Of a stretch of 64,000 nt of DNA, positions 27,609 through 37,254 are shown piece after piece (the stretch's first letter is position 1; each line of letters begins with the position of its first letter). A model generated the notes under the pieces. That model saw only the letters and a program-made list of their open reading frames with translations. It had not been told where the DNA came from and ran no database searches. Origin of the DNA: an uncultured Anaerolineales bacterium (GTDB lineage Bacteria; Chloroflexota; Anaerolineae; B4-G1; SLSP01); the NCBI GenBank assembly GCA_964504195.1, contig CAZDDI010000006.1, forward strand, positions 48,394 through 112,393, given 5' to 3'. A program made the position numbers and the translations under genes.

Positions 27609-28451
27609 TTAACTTTTCTGCACAACACACGTGAAACCAACCACACCCGGCCCAATGTTCGTACCTAACACGGGTGTCAAAGGTACCACAAGCACCTCCT
27701 GATCAGGCAACAGCGCATCAGCAATGGCAGCTTTAAGCGCCGCAGCCTTTTCTGGTGCATTGGAATGCACCAGAGCCACCTTTTCCACTGGAGCGAGTTC
27801 ATAGAACTGACTGACCACCTTTTTGAAGGCCCGCTCACGGGTACGAGTGCGCTCGGCGGTGGGTTTGCCTTTGTGCATCCGGAGCAGGGGAATAATACGC
27901 AGCAAGCGTCCTAATCCGGCAACCGCTGCGCTCATACGCCCACTGCGCCGGAGGTACTCCAACGTATCCAGTGCCGCGTAAGTATGCGTGCGGGCGACCT
28001 GATCCTCAAGCAGCGCGAGGATCTCCGGCATGGAGCGCCCCCCACGCGCCGCCTGCGCTGCCGTGAGCGCCAGAAATCCCGCGCCCATCCCCAGTTGCTG
28101 CGAATCCAACACGGTCACGGGAACAACGGATGTCTGTTGTGCCGCGATACGCGCCACATCCACCGTAGCACTCAAAGTGATAGAGATATGCATGGAGAGA
28201 ATGTGTGTCGCGCCATCTTGCGCCAACTGTTCGTAAACTTCACGGAACATCTCAATGCCAGGCGCGGCGGTGGTTGGTTGCGATGGGTAATACGGTAACT
28301 GCTCGTAGAACTCCTGCCGCGACAGCTCCACACCGTCCAAATATCCCCGCTCCCCGACATTAATGTACAACGGGATCACAGTAATGTCATTTTCGGCTCG
28401 CAGTGATTCTGGAATATCAAATGTGCTATCCACGACAACTTTGATAGTCAT
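27609..28451 (-). CDS. DegV family fatty-acid-binding protein
   Basis: VVDSTFD, PTTAAPG, LDTLEYLRRSGR, GTNIGPG. Confidence 0.92.
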   Translation of the reverse strand: MTIKVVVDSTFDIPESLRAENDITVIPLYINVGERGYLDGVELSRQEFYEQLPYYPSQPTTAAPGIEMFREVYEQLAQDGATHILSMHISITLSATVDVARIAAQQTSVVPVTVLDSQQLGMGAGFLALTAAQAARGGRSMPEILALLEDQVARTHTYAALDTLEYLRRSGRMSAAVAGLGRLLRIIPLLRMHKGKPTAERTRTRERAFKKVVSQFYELAPVEKVALVHSNAPEKAAALKAAIADALLPDQEVLVVPLTPVLGTNIGPGVVGFTCVVQKS

Positions 28452-28612
28452 ACAAAACCTCCATTCTTGATAGGCGTAAATGCAAAAAAGCATGAGCCGT
28501 AGTTACGCGGTTTGTTCCATCAAACACTCTTTAGTGATTTCTAAGAGCATTTTTAACGGCTTTAGCCGCCAAGTTCGCTTTGAGCCAACGGCGCAGGCAT
28601 CACACGTGTATA

Positions 28613-29398
28613 TCAGGAGAAAAGACTACCACCGTTGCCACCGGCCAGATCTTGATCCTGCTCCGGCGACAAGCAGAAGTCAATCAACCGCAACCGCTTG
28701 CGCCCAGGACGTTTGCCCGTGCCACTGCCGCCATCGTAACAACGGGGCACCTGCCACGAGCCATTACACATCCGCCCCAAGTGGTTGTGCCCAAACAGCA
28801 GCACATCTACGTTGCCGTGTTTCTGAATAACCCGCCGCAGCTTGCGGGAGTCTTTAAGCGCGCTCAACGGGATCGAATCGAAAGGGTGATGGTGTAAATA
28901 CAACACACGGTGCGCGCAGGAGCATACGATACTATCGCCGAGCAGCGCATTCAGGCGTTGCAGCTGCAATTTCCCCAGCTCGCCATCAGCAAACATACGA
29001 TCGTACCAGTTAAACTCGGCCTCAAGCGAATTCAAGCCGATGAAGGCTATATCGTCAATTACATTGAGTGTGGGATACAGCAAATGTGGATCACCGCAAA
29101 AAGTTTCATTGAAGCGCGGTAAAAAGCTGGGGTCTAACACAACTCCGTTATTGAAATCGTGGTTGCCGGGTGCGGCCAGCACCATGAACCCGGCACTTTC
29201 CAAACGAGCCAGCAGGTCACGGGCCTGCTGATACTGATTCGTACCCACCGGCTTTTCCACCAGATCACCGGTAATAACGATGATATAATCTGAAGCGGGT
29301 TGCAACTGGGCAATCAAGTCTTGCGTGAGCTGCTGAAAGCTTTCTTCCATCGCTCCAAAACCAATGTGTAGATCGCTCAAGTGTAAAATTTTCTTCAT
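28613..29398 (-). CDS. Calcineurin-like metallophosphoesterase
   Basis: DLH, GD, GNHD, HHH, GHNH motifs. Confidence 0.9.
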   Translation of the reverse strand: MKKILHLSDLHIGFGAMEESFQQLTQDLIAQLQPASDYIIVITGDLVEKPVGTNQYQQARDLLARLESAGFMVLAAPGNHDFNNGVVLDPSFLPRFNETFCGDPHLLYPTLNVIDDIAFIGLNSLEAEFNWYDRMFADGELGKLQLQRLNALLGDSIVCSCAHRVLYLHHHPFDSIPLSALKDSRKLRRVIQKHGNVDVLLFGHNHLGRMCNGSWQVPRCYDGGSGTGKRPGRKRLRLIDFCLSPEQDQDLAGGNGGSLFS

Positions 29399-29648
29399 GT
29401 AATTCTCATACCCTCAAAGATAGCGCGTACATCAATCTTAAAATTACATAACTTACTCACACTTTATAGTGTAACATGATTTTCAAGTTTTGCTATCTAT
29501 GACGGGTGACGGGTAACTCTGCCCAAGTATCGCTTGAAAAAACATGCATTCGGGCGTATAGTCAGAGTCAGCGAAACAGCGAGTCAGCAAGAAAGCGAAT
29601 CTTGCGAAATTTACGCATTACGAAGTACGCATTAGAAAGGAGCACACT

Positions 29649-32600
29649 ATGCGCGATTTTTTGTTCCGTGAACCCTTAACCGAACTGGATCCCGAATTAG
29701 CCCAGCTGCTCAATTACGAGACTGAGCGGCAGGCCCGCAAACTGGTGATGGTGCCTTCGGAATCCCTCTCGCCCCACGCCATCCATGAGGCGCTGGCCTC
29801 TTCGTTCTCCCACATCTACGCGGAAGGCTACCCCGACGAGCGCAGCCGGAAGCAGACCCAGGCCGAGCTGCTCGATTATGAGTTCGAGCTGGGCCACTAT
29901 CGCCGCTACGCCGACCCACGCTACTACAAGGGCGTGGAGTACGCAGACGTGCTGGAATCGCTGGCCCGCCGCCGGGTGGCCGAAGCCTTCGCCACGCCCA
30001 AGACGCCCGCCGATAAGCTCTTCGTCAACGTGCAGACGCTCTCCGGCGCACCCGCCAATACCGCCGTGCAGTACGCGCTCCTCCAGCCCGGCGATACAAT
30101 GCTGACGATGGCACTCCATGTGGGCGGGCATCTCAGTCACGGGAGCAAGGTCGCCTACTCCGGCAAGACCTACACGGCGGTGCATTACTCGGTGGATGAA
30201 GCTACCGAGCGGCTGGATTACGACGCCATCCGCGCGCTGGCGCTTGAGCATCGCCCCAAGATGATCATCGGCGGGTACACGTCGTACCCCTACGCGCCGG
30301 ATTGGGCCAGGTTCCGCGCCATCGCCGATGAAGTGGGCGCATACCTGCTCGCCGACATCGCGCACGTTGCCGGGCTGGTGATCGCGGGCGATTTCCCCTC
30401 CCCCATCGGCATCGCCGATGCGGTGACGTTCACCACGCACAAGACCTTCAACGGGCCGCGCGGCGCGGTCATCATCACCCACAAGCCACTGCTAGGCCGC
30501 AAATTCGACCGGGCCGTGTTCCCCGGCTTCCAGGGCGGCCCGCACATGGAAAATATCGCCGCCGTTGCTGTGACCGCGAAGCTGGCTATGACCGAGCAGT
30601 TCAAAGAACTGCAACATCAAACGGTGCGCAACGCCGCCGCGCTGGCGCAGGCGTTGGAGGCCGAGGGTATCCGCGTGGCTTACGGCGGCACGGATACGCA
30701 CATGGTGCTCATTGACTGCAAGACGGTCAAGGGGCCGGATGGCACGCCGCTGATGGGCGATGCGGCGGCCTGCATCCTCGATCTGGCGGGCATCGTGGCG
30801 AACCGCAACACTATCCCTGGCGACACAACCGCTGCCTTCCCCTCCGGCGTGCGCTTCGGCACGCCCTGGATCACGCAGCGCGGTCTGGATGAGGCGGATA
30901 TGGCGACGCTGGCCGGCTCTATCGCCAAGCTGCTCAAAGCGTGCCAGCCCTACAGCATCGGTTGGCGGCGCAAGCCGGATTATAGCGCGCGTGTGGATTT
31001 CGACACGCTGGAAGAGGTCAAGCGTGAGATTGCCGCGCTGGCAGACAAGGCCAGCGATCCCTACAGCCTGGAGCAGCGCACCGGCTACCCGCATTTCTAC
31101 GGCCTGGATGAGCCGCTGCTGGGTCAGGGCGCTTACGAGCGCATCGAGCTGCACGGGGAGCAGGCGAAGGCGTTTGTGGATTGGCTGACGCCCTCCAACA
31201 CCGCCGATATGCAACCCGGCGACGCGCGCCCCATCACGCTATTAGAGGGGGATGGCGCGCTGCTCACGGCGGGCCTGCTCACGCTGCACGCGCCGGGCGC
31301 GTACTGGCTCGATGTCCCCAGCGATAAGGCCGTCCGCACGCTCACCTGGCTGCGCCAGCTGGTGGATGGCTACGTCGCCACAGATGATGTCTACGGGCGG
31401 TTGCCCTTCCTCACAGCGGTGCGCGATTTGGGCGCGGCCCCTGCGCCGGCCAGCGCGCCGCAGCCGGAGACCGGCGGCTTCACCAAGCCGTACTTCATCG
31501 GCGCGTGGTCGCACAAAACACCGGCGGGCGAGCCGCTGCCCAAGTTCACCTGGGAAGAGCGCGAGCCGGAGAAACTGCTCAAGACGCTGCTCAATGCCAC
31601 CCACCGCGAGCTGGGCGCGCGCATGGTGCCCTTCGGCGGGTGGGATATGCCGGTGTGGTACACGGGCAACCTGGAGGAGCATCGCGTCGTCCGCGAGACG
31701 GCGGGCCTGTTCGATGTGAGCCACATGGGGTGCTGGGACATCCGCGGCAGCGAAGCGGCGGCCTTCCTCAACCTCATCATGGTCAATGATGTGAGCACGC
31801 TGGCGGTGGGCGAATCGCAATACTCCGCCCTGTTCGATGTGGACGGCATCCCGCTGGATGATCTGCTGGTATACCGCATGGCCGAGGAGCATTACCTGGT
31901 GGTGGTCAATGCCTCGAACAACGACAAGGATTGGGCCTGGGTCAACGGCATTCTCAAGGGCGAGGTGTGCATTGATCCCCAGCGTCCCTGGGTGAAGTGG
32001 GCGGGGCAAAATCTGGAACTGCGCAATCTGCGCGCCGAATCTGCCGGGGCGGATATGCGGGCGGAGCTCGCGCTGCAAGGGCCGCGCTCCACGGATATCC
32101 TGCTCGCGCTGGGCGGCGATGCCGCCACGCTGGCGCGCGTCAAGGCGCTGCCGTGGGCGGGCATCACGCGCGCCACGCTGGGCGAGTTCGACATCATCAT
32201 CAGCCGCACCGGCTACACGGGCGAGCGCGTGGCTTACGAGCTCTTCGTCCACCCCGACCGGCTGGTGGATTTCTGGAAGGCGTTGCTGGCAGCAGGCGAG
32301 CCATTCGGGATCAAGCCGTGCGGGCTGGCGGCCCGCGATAGCCTGCGCACGGAGGCCGGGCTGCCGCTCTACGGGCACGAGATGGCCGGCCCGCTCAATC
32401 TCTCGATGGCCGATGCCGGGTTCAAGGCGTACATCAAATACTACAAGCCATTCTTCATCGGGCGGGAAGCCTACCTGACGCGCGAAGCCAAACGCAAGGC
32501 CGAAGTGGTGCGCTTCCAAGTGCCGGAGAAGGGCCAGCCCAAGCCGGAGCAGCTCGACCGGCTGGTGGATGAGAAGGGCAAGGTGGTGGGCTATGTGACC

Positions 32601-32798
32601 AGTTGCGCGCTCGATGCTGAGGGCTTCCTACTGGGACAGGCTTATGTAGACCTGCGTAACACGCAAGAAGGCACGCAGCTCTTCGCGCTGGTGACGCCAC
32701 GCCGCGCCCCCAAGCCGCAGAATGAGCTCAAGCTGGGCGACCGCGCCCAACTGCCCGTGCCGGTGGTGGTCTTGAGCCGGTTCCCGAAGCGGAAGTAG
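29649..32798 (+). CDS. Fused serine hydroxymethyltransferase (GlyA) - aminomethyltransferase (GcvT)
   Basis: N-term YAEGYP, GGHLSHG, TTHKT..GPRG; C-term LFDVSHMG, SRTGYTGE, ARDSLRTEAGLPLYGHE. Confidence 0.92.
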   Translation: MRDFLFREPLTELDPELAQLLNYETERQARKLVMVPSESLSPHAIHEALASSFSHIYAEGYPDERSRKQTQAELLDYEFELGHYRRYADPRYYKGVEYADVLESLARRRVAEAFATPKTPADKLFVNVQTLSGAPANTAVQYALLQPGDTMLTMALHVGGHLSHGSKVAYSGKTYTAVHYSVDEATERLDYDAIRALALEHRPKMIIGGYTSYPYAPDWARFRAIADEVGAYLLADIAHVAGLVIAGDFPSPIGIADAVTFTTHKTFNGPRGAVIITHKPLLGRKFDRAVFPGFQGGPHMENIAAVAVTAKLAMTEQFKELQHQTVRNAAALAQALEAEGIRVAYGGTDTHMVLIDCKTVKGPDGTPLMGDAAACILDLAGIVANRNTIPGDTTAAFPSGVRFGTPWITQRGLDEADMATLAGSIAKLLKACQPYSIGWRRKPDYSARVDFDTLEEVKREIAALADKASDPYSLEQRTGYPHFYGLDEPLLGQGAYERIELHGEQAKAFVDWLTPSNTADMQPGDARPITLLEGDGALLTAGLLTLHAPGAYWLDVPSDKAVRTLTWLRQLVDGYVATDDVYGRLPFLTAVRDLGAAPAPASAPQPETGGFTKPYFIGAWSHKTPAGEPLPKFTWEEREPEKLLKTLLNATHRELGARMVPFGGWDMPVWYTGNLEEHRVVRETAGLFDVSHMGCWDIRGSEAAAFLNLIMVNDVSTLAVGESQYSALFDVDGIPLDDLLVYRMAEEHYLVVVNASNNDKDWAWVNGILKGEVCIDPQRPWVKWAGQNLELRNLRAESAGADMRAELALQGPRSTDILLALGGDAATLARVKALPWAGITRATLGEFDIIISRTGYTGERVAYELFVHPDRLVDFWKALLAAGEPFGIKPCGLAARDSLRTEAGLPLYGHEMAGPLNLSMADAGFKAYIKYYKPFFIGREAYLTREAKRKAEVVRFQVPEKGQPKPEQLDRLVDEKGKVVGYVTSCALDAEGFLLGQAYVDLRNTQEGTQLFALVTPRRAPKPQNELKLGDRAQLPVPVVVLSRFPKRK

Positions 32799-32915
32799 GC
32801 ACGGTAGACAGTAGACGGGGAAGTGGGAGAGAGGGGGAAAGGGGGTGAGTGGGAGAAAGAATCGTTTTCTTGCTTTCTCGCCTTTTCGCCTTTTCGCTGA
32901 CTGCCCCCTAACGCA

Positions 32916-32949
32916 ACGTGGTCGGCAAGCTAAAGCTTGCCGACCACGT
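32916..32949. terminator. 16-bp perfect hairpin between convergent genes (REP/terminator)
   Basis: ACGTGGTCGGCAAGCT-AA-AGCTTGCCGACCACGT. Confidence 0.7.
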
Positions 32950-32985
32950 CACCCCAAAGGAACCAACAGTATTGTTACTACCCGA

Positions 32986-33531
32986 CGTTGTGTCCAAGCA
33001 ACACTATTTCCACAACGCCGCATCCCACCCACTTAACCTACGCTATGCCTGTATTTGGCCTCGTTGTGTCTGCCAACACTATTTCCACAACGTCCTGCCC
33101 AGCCACTGAACCCACGTTAATTGTTCCAAGCAACGCTGTGTCCGATCAATGCTATTTCCACAACGCCGCATCCCACCCACTTAACCTACGCTATGCCTGT
33201 ATTTGGCCTCGTTGTGCCTACCAACACTATTTCCACAACGCCCAGCCAACCACTGAACCCACGTTAATTGTTCCAAGCAACGCTGTGTCCAATCAACACT
33301 ATTTCCACAACGCCGCATCCCACCCACTTAACCTACGCTCAATAGCATTAAGTTTAGCGCATAGACCTGGCAGGTTTGAAGATTTTAACACTGTGCCAAC
33401 CTCTTGTTCACCGGTAAAATACGCCTAAACACACTTTGTGCGAAACCTGCCAGGTCTTAACTTAATGGCATTGAACCTACACTATACCTGTATTTGGCCT
33501 CGTTGTGTCTGCCAACACTATTTCCACAACG
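32986..33531. repeat. Array of six 31-32-bp palindromic repeats with two alternating spacer types
   Basis: CG(T/C)TGTG..CTATTTCCACAACG at 32986, 33062, 33134, 33210, 33281 and 33501. Confidence 0.85.
33340..33473. mobile_element. 134-bp MITE (CAATGCCATTAAG-type TIR) inserted in the array
   Basis: Ends CAATAGCATTAAG / CTTAATGGCATTG; 10-bp duplication AACCTAC(G/A)CT. Confidence 0.85.
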
Positions 33532-34705
33532 TCACGCCCACCATCAAGGGATCGCACGAGCCGGAGCCAGAACCGCTCCCAATACCATCACCCGGCTGGA
33601 TTTGCCCCTGCCCGATAACCGCATATAGGAAAGTACCACCAATGGTTTTGTTGTTCCCGCTCCCGCAGAACTCCAACCGTGCCGCCATGAACCCTACAAT
33701 GTGATAGAAATGTGCATTCGGAAACTTCAGCGGATTGGGCGGTTCGTTATTGCCCGGAAAAGCCGCGCGCATCTCAGCCCGCTCATAGATGTAATCGAAG
33801 ACAGGCAGATAGACCGTTTTGTTCATGTGGGTCTCACAGATAGTTGCGCGGGTAGATTCACGCGCACCCGGATCGCCAACGATGAAGTCCCCATCCAGCA
33901 AGTAGGGCGGTAGGCCGCCGCGCGTCCCAGCAAACAGCGGGTGCGGGCAACCAAACTCTCCCCAGTACTTCAGATCAGCGTTACTAAAGTTAGTGCTGAT
34001 GACCCGATTCAGTGGCGAACTGTAGCTGTTAATGTGAATTTGATTGTTGTAGATGTAGTTGAAGTTGAGCCAACCGCGCTGCGACTGCGCCGATGGATCG
34101 CTAGGACAATCTACGCCATCAGCGCGACAAATTGCGCCACTGCCATCAAACATCTCAAATTCCATCGTTCCGCTATCAATGATGTCTTCCACGCTCTGCA
34201 CGGGGAACCCAATAGGCAACATCCCGCCGCCGGCTTGCAGGATTGGGCCAAACATCGCCGTCGCTGCACCGCTCGCCGACATATCCTCCTGACCGGTAAT
34301 GCGCATGAAGGTGGTAGTCTCTGTGATTATTGTTGCGACCTCAATACCGGTTGTGCCGTTCGGTACATTGCCTGCGCCCACCACACCCAACCGCGTTTCG
34401 TCCTTATTGACGTACCATGCCCAAATGCGGCCAGTCATCAAATCGTGTTCCAGGCCGTTTTGTGCCGCAAAGTCCACGATTTCAGTGGCAACCATGCCAT
34501 CCAGATCAGCGCCAGGTTCGCAGCGCTGGGTGGCAAGCAAGCGCGTCCCGGCTAACGCCGTCGCATCCGCGACGTTTTGCACCTCGCGACGCTTTTGATA
34601 GAGTCGGCCCCCATCAATTGCCAACCCCGTGATCGCCAACAACGCAATCAACGCAAACACAACCAATACTATCGCTTGTCCGCGTTCTTCCTTTGACGTA
34701 TTCAT
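33518..34705 (-). CDS. TadG-like pilus assembly protein with N-terminal Tad domain
   Basis: EERGQAIVLVVFALIALLAITGLAIDGGRLY..VQNVADATALAG; start at 34705. Confidence 0.85.
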   Translation of the reverse strand: MNTSKEERGQAIVLVVFALIALLAITGLAIDGGRLYQKRREVQNVADATALAGTRLLATQRCEPGADLDGMVATEIVDFAAQNGLEHDLMTGRIWAWYVNKDETRLGVVGAGNVPNGTTGIEVATIITETTTFMRITGQEDMSASGAATAMFGPILQAGGGMLPIGFPVQSVEDIIDSGTMEFEMFDGSGAICRADGVDCPSDPSAQSQRGWLNFNYIYNNQIHINSYSSPLNRVISTNFSNADLKYWGEFGCPHPLFAGTRGGLPPYLLDGDFIVGDPGARESTRATICETHMNKTVYLPVFDYIYERAEMRAAFPGNNEPPNPLKFPNAHFYHIVGFMAARLEFCGSGNNKTIGGTFLYAVIGQGQIQPGDGIGSGSGSGSCDPLMVGVTLWK

Positions 34706-34798
34706 CTTCTGCCTCCTTATATGGATACTAAAAATCAGCCCTGGTATAAGCCCTGATTCACATGCAGGCACTGCAGTTGAACCTTGTATCGTTAGCAC

Positions 34799-35239
34799 TC
34801 AAGGTGTCGAGATAATCGCAGAGGTTGCCTGCCCGCGCAAAATCAACCCATTGGGAGCAAAGGTCTCACCGATGAAAGGCGTTAGGAATTCAAAATTGCG
34901 TATCACAGTCACCGTAATAGGTACACCCGTAGCGACCCCGCCCCCGACAGATGCCGTAGCAGCCCCGCTGTTCCCCATCACCACACTCACTTCGTCTGTG
35001 GTAATGTTGACCAAAGCATCCTGGGCCGCACTAGCAGCGCGCAATTTGATGCCATGCTCGTCGTTAGGACGAAAACCAGCATAAATAGCACCCTCCATAG
35101 CCGCGTCATTAAGCGTCACTGTGACGTAATAGGCTCGGCCAAAATCCAGCAGACCCATCATCAAAAGTATTAACAACGGCAACAAAAGCGCAAACTCAAC
35201 GAGACTTTGTCCCTTCTCGCGTTCATGTTTAGTATTCAT
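34799..35239 (-). CDS. TadE-like pseudopilin
   Basis: KGQSLVEFALLLPLLILLMMGLLDFGR..AMEGAIYA. Confidence 0.9.
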   Translation of the reverse strand: MNTKHEREKGQSLVEFALLLPLLILLMMGLLDFGRAYYVTVTLNDAAMEGAIYAGFRPNDEHGIKLRAASAAQDALVNITTDEVSVVMGNSGAATASVGGGVATGVPITVTVIRNFEFLTPFIGETFAPNGLILRGQATSAIISTP

Positions 35240-35286
35240 GACTTTCCTCCTAAAAATACTTTTGTTCCAACAAACAACTCGCGGTG

Positions 35287-35943
35287 TTATTCACCGTTCG
35301 CCATGCGCTGCTGCCCCGTCTGCGTAACGGAAAGCACCACCCCGCTGGTCGCATCCACCAGCACTTCAAGTTCTACCCCGCGCTGAAAAGCTGCCACCAC
35401 CCAAACCGGGCCGCTCTCCTCTTGCCGAAGTCGAAACTGCACCTCTGCTCCGGCATGTTCCTGCAAGAATGTCTCACCTCCGGCAGCCCGGAAGGAAAGC
35501 CAGGCCACATCCGGCCCATACGGCGGCGGGAAGGGAGCGATCTCTGGAAGCGCCTGCGCCAAAGGCGTCGGCGGCGACCAGAAGAGCTGTTGATCCCGCA
35601 CTCCCACAGTAGCCACCATTTCGTGAGATGGAGAATAATAATAGAAGTTCCAGGCCACCAACGGGTAAAAAGTCTGCACCATCTCTGCTGGCGGTCGCCA
35701 GGAAGCGGTCAACCACACCAACCGGCTGTCTTGACTCCACCCCTGCGCCCGTTCCTGCGAGCGTTGATAAGCCTCCTGCAACATCACCGGAGGCGCCACC
35801 CCCGTCCAGAGTTCCCCTAACGTCGTCTGCACAACCGGCTTATCAGTCGCCTGCCCCAACCATAGCCAAAGCAGCATCAGGCTCAAAACTAAGCCCAGAC
35901 CCGCAATAGCCAATAACATCCAGCGTCGTGTACGCGTGTTCAT
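35287..35943 (-). CDS. Hypothetical exported protein
   Basis: N-terminal TM/signal; coupled to the upstream gene. Confidence 0.7.
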   Translation of the reverse strand: MNTRTRRWMLLAIAGLGLVLSLMLLWLWLGQATDKPVVQTTLGELWTGVAPPVMLQEAYQRSQERAQGWSQDSRLVWLTASWRPPAEMVQTFYPLVAWNFYYYSPSHEMVATVGVRDQQLFWSPPTPLAQALPEIAPFPPPYGPDVAWLSFRAAGGETFLQEHAGAEVQFRLRQEESGPVWVVAAFQRGVELEVLVDATSGVVLSVTQTGQQRMANGE

Positions 35944-37253
35944 GGATACCCCCGCATCACTAATGGCAACATGATACTATGTAAGACGGCCCGTCCGGCA
36001 CGATAAACGACTTCTTGCTTGGTTCCCAATACCAGCTCTTCCCAGACCAAATGTACCGTGCCATTGGTAGCACACGCCACCTGTGGAAAAATAGATAGCT
36101 CGGCACTGGTGTTCGCTGCATTAAAAACCGGTGTATTCCAGACCTGCCCGCGCTCCGTAGCACACCGCAGATAAATCTCTTCAGCGGCATTAGCCTCCAA
36201 CCGGTACCCGTGCCAAGCGACGCACACTGTTTCACCGCCAGTAGCAATGACCGGATAGGTCATAGTCGGGAGTTGCGCATTGATTTGTACGGGGCGGTCA
36301 TCCACGTACCCTTCTGCTGAAAGGCCGCCGCCCGGTGTCACCTGCCGATAGCGTATGTACCCCAATCCTGGCGCAGCCAAATAAGAAACCTGTCCCCACA
36401 CCACATGGGCTGTATTAGTATCATCCACCGCGATTGACGGGCGCACGCTAAATCTATCCGCTGTAGAGAGGCGCTGTGGCGTTCCCCATGTCACGCCATT
36501 GCCATTCCACGTCCCGCGTAGATACCAAATGGTGCGCATGGCCCCCGGCCCTTGGATACTGGCGTGCTGTTCCCAAACTACATGTACCGTATCCCCGTCC
36601 GCGCTTAACGCCATATCCACCCATTTGATGCTGCCAACTGTCGGTGTGACCACCTGGGTGCGGGTGATAACGACTTGGGTAGCGGCCCAGGTTACATCAC
36701 CCGGGCGTTTGAAGGTATAGTACAAATCATTCGAGGTTCTTAAATTAACTTCCGAATTCCGGTTCCCACCCACAATCAGGTGCCGTACATTGGCAGCGCT
36801 AATTTCCATTCGTACAGCACTATCAAAAACATACAAATCTGAAATCGCTGCAACCGGAGCAAGTGGAGTGCTGGTCATATCCCGCACCATCACGGTCGCC
36901 GTAAAGGGATCGGTATACGCGCCCTGCAACCACACCGCCACTGGCGTCGCTCCGGCATAGGCTACTTGCGGCTGCCAATAGTCCTGCCCGCCACTCGCTA
37001 CAGTTTGGGGCGTACCCCAAGTCTCTGCAATAAGTGCGCGTTGGCGTAGATAAATACCCTTGGGCGAAGTCCCCGACCAAACCGCCGCCACTGCCAAATC
37101 GCTGAGACTCATATCAGGGCGCTGGGCATTGGCACTGAGCAGAACGAGCGCCCCGCTCCCCGGCCACTCCGGGTCACCGGCCAGGGCCGGCCCGACCAGG
37201 GAGAGAACGAGTAACAGCCCGACTATGCACGCTACCCAATATCGCTTTATCAT
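35940..37253 (-). CDS. Secreted beta-propeller-like protein
   Basis: Signal peptide; repeated HVVW/HLVW blades; C-terminal LPLVMRG. Confidence 0.7.
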   Translation of the reverse strand: MIKRYWVACIVGLLLVLSLVGPALAGDPEWPGSGALVLLSANAQRPDMSLSDLAVAAVWSGTSPKGIYLRQRALIAETWGTPQTVASGGQDYWQPQVAYAGATPVAVWLQGAYTDPFTATVMVRDMTSTPLAPVAAISDLYVFDSAVRMEISAANVRHLIVGGNRNSEVNLRTSNDLYYTFKRPGDVTWAATQVVITRTQVVTPTVGSIKWVDMALSADGDTVHVVWEQHASIQGPGAMRTIWYLRGTWNGNGVTWGTPQRLSTADRFSVRPSIAVDDTNTAHVVWGQVSYLAAPGLGYIRYRQVTPGGGLSAEGYVDDRPVQINAQLPTMTYPVIATGGETVCVAWHGYRLEANAAEEIYLRCATERGQVWNTPVFNAANTSAELSIFPQVACATNGTVHLVWEELVLGTKQEVVYRAGRAVLHSIMLPLVMRGYP

Positions 37254-37254
37254 C

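Noticed and set aside
29400-29648. Glycine riboswitch upstream of glyA-gcvT
   Set aside because: No recognisable aptamer core; the region holds short tandem repeats instead
32937-33428. Repeat-protein ORF across the array
   Set aside because: Its frame shifts between repeat units and runs into the MITE; not a credible protein
32986-33531. CRISPR array
   Set aside because: Only two spacer sequences alternate, repeat middles are degenerate, one repeat overlaps a gene stop, and no cas genes or leader are present
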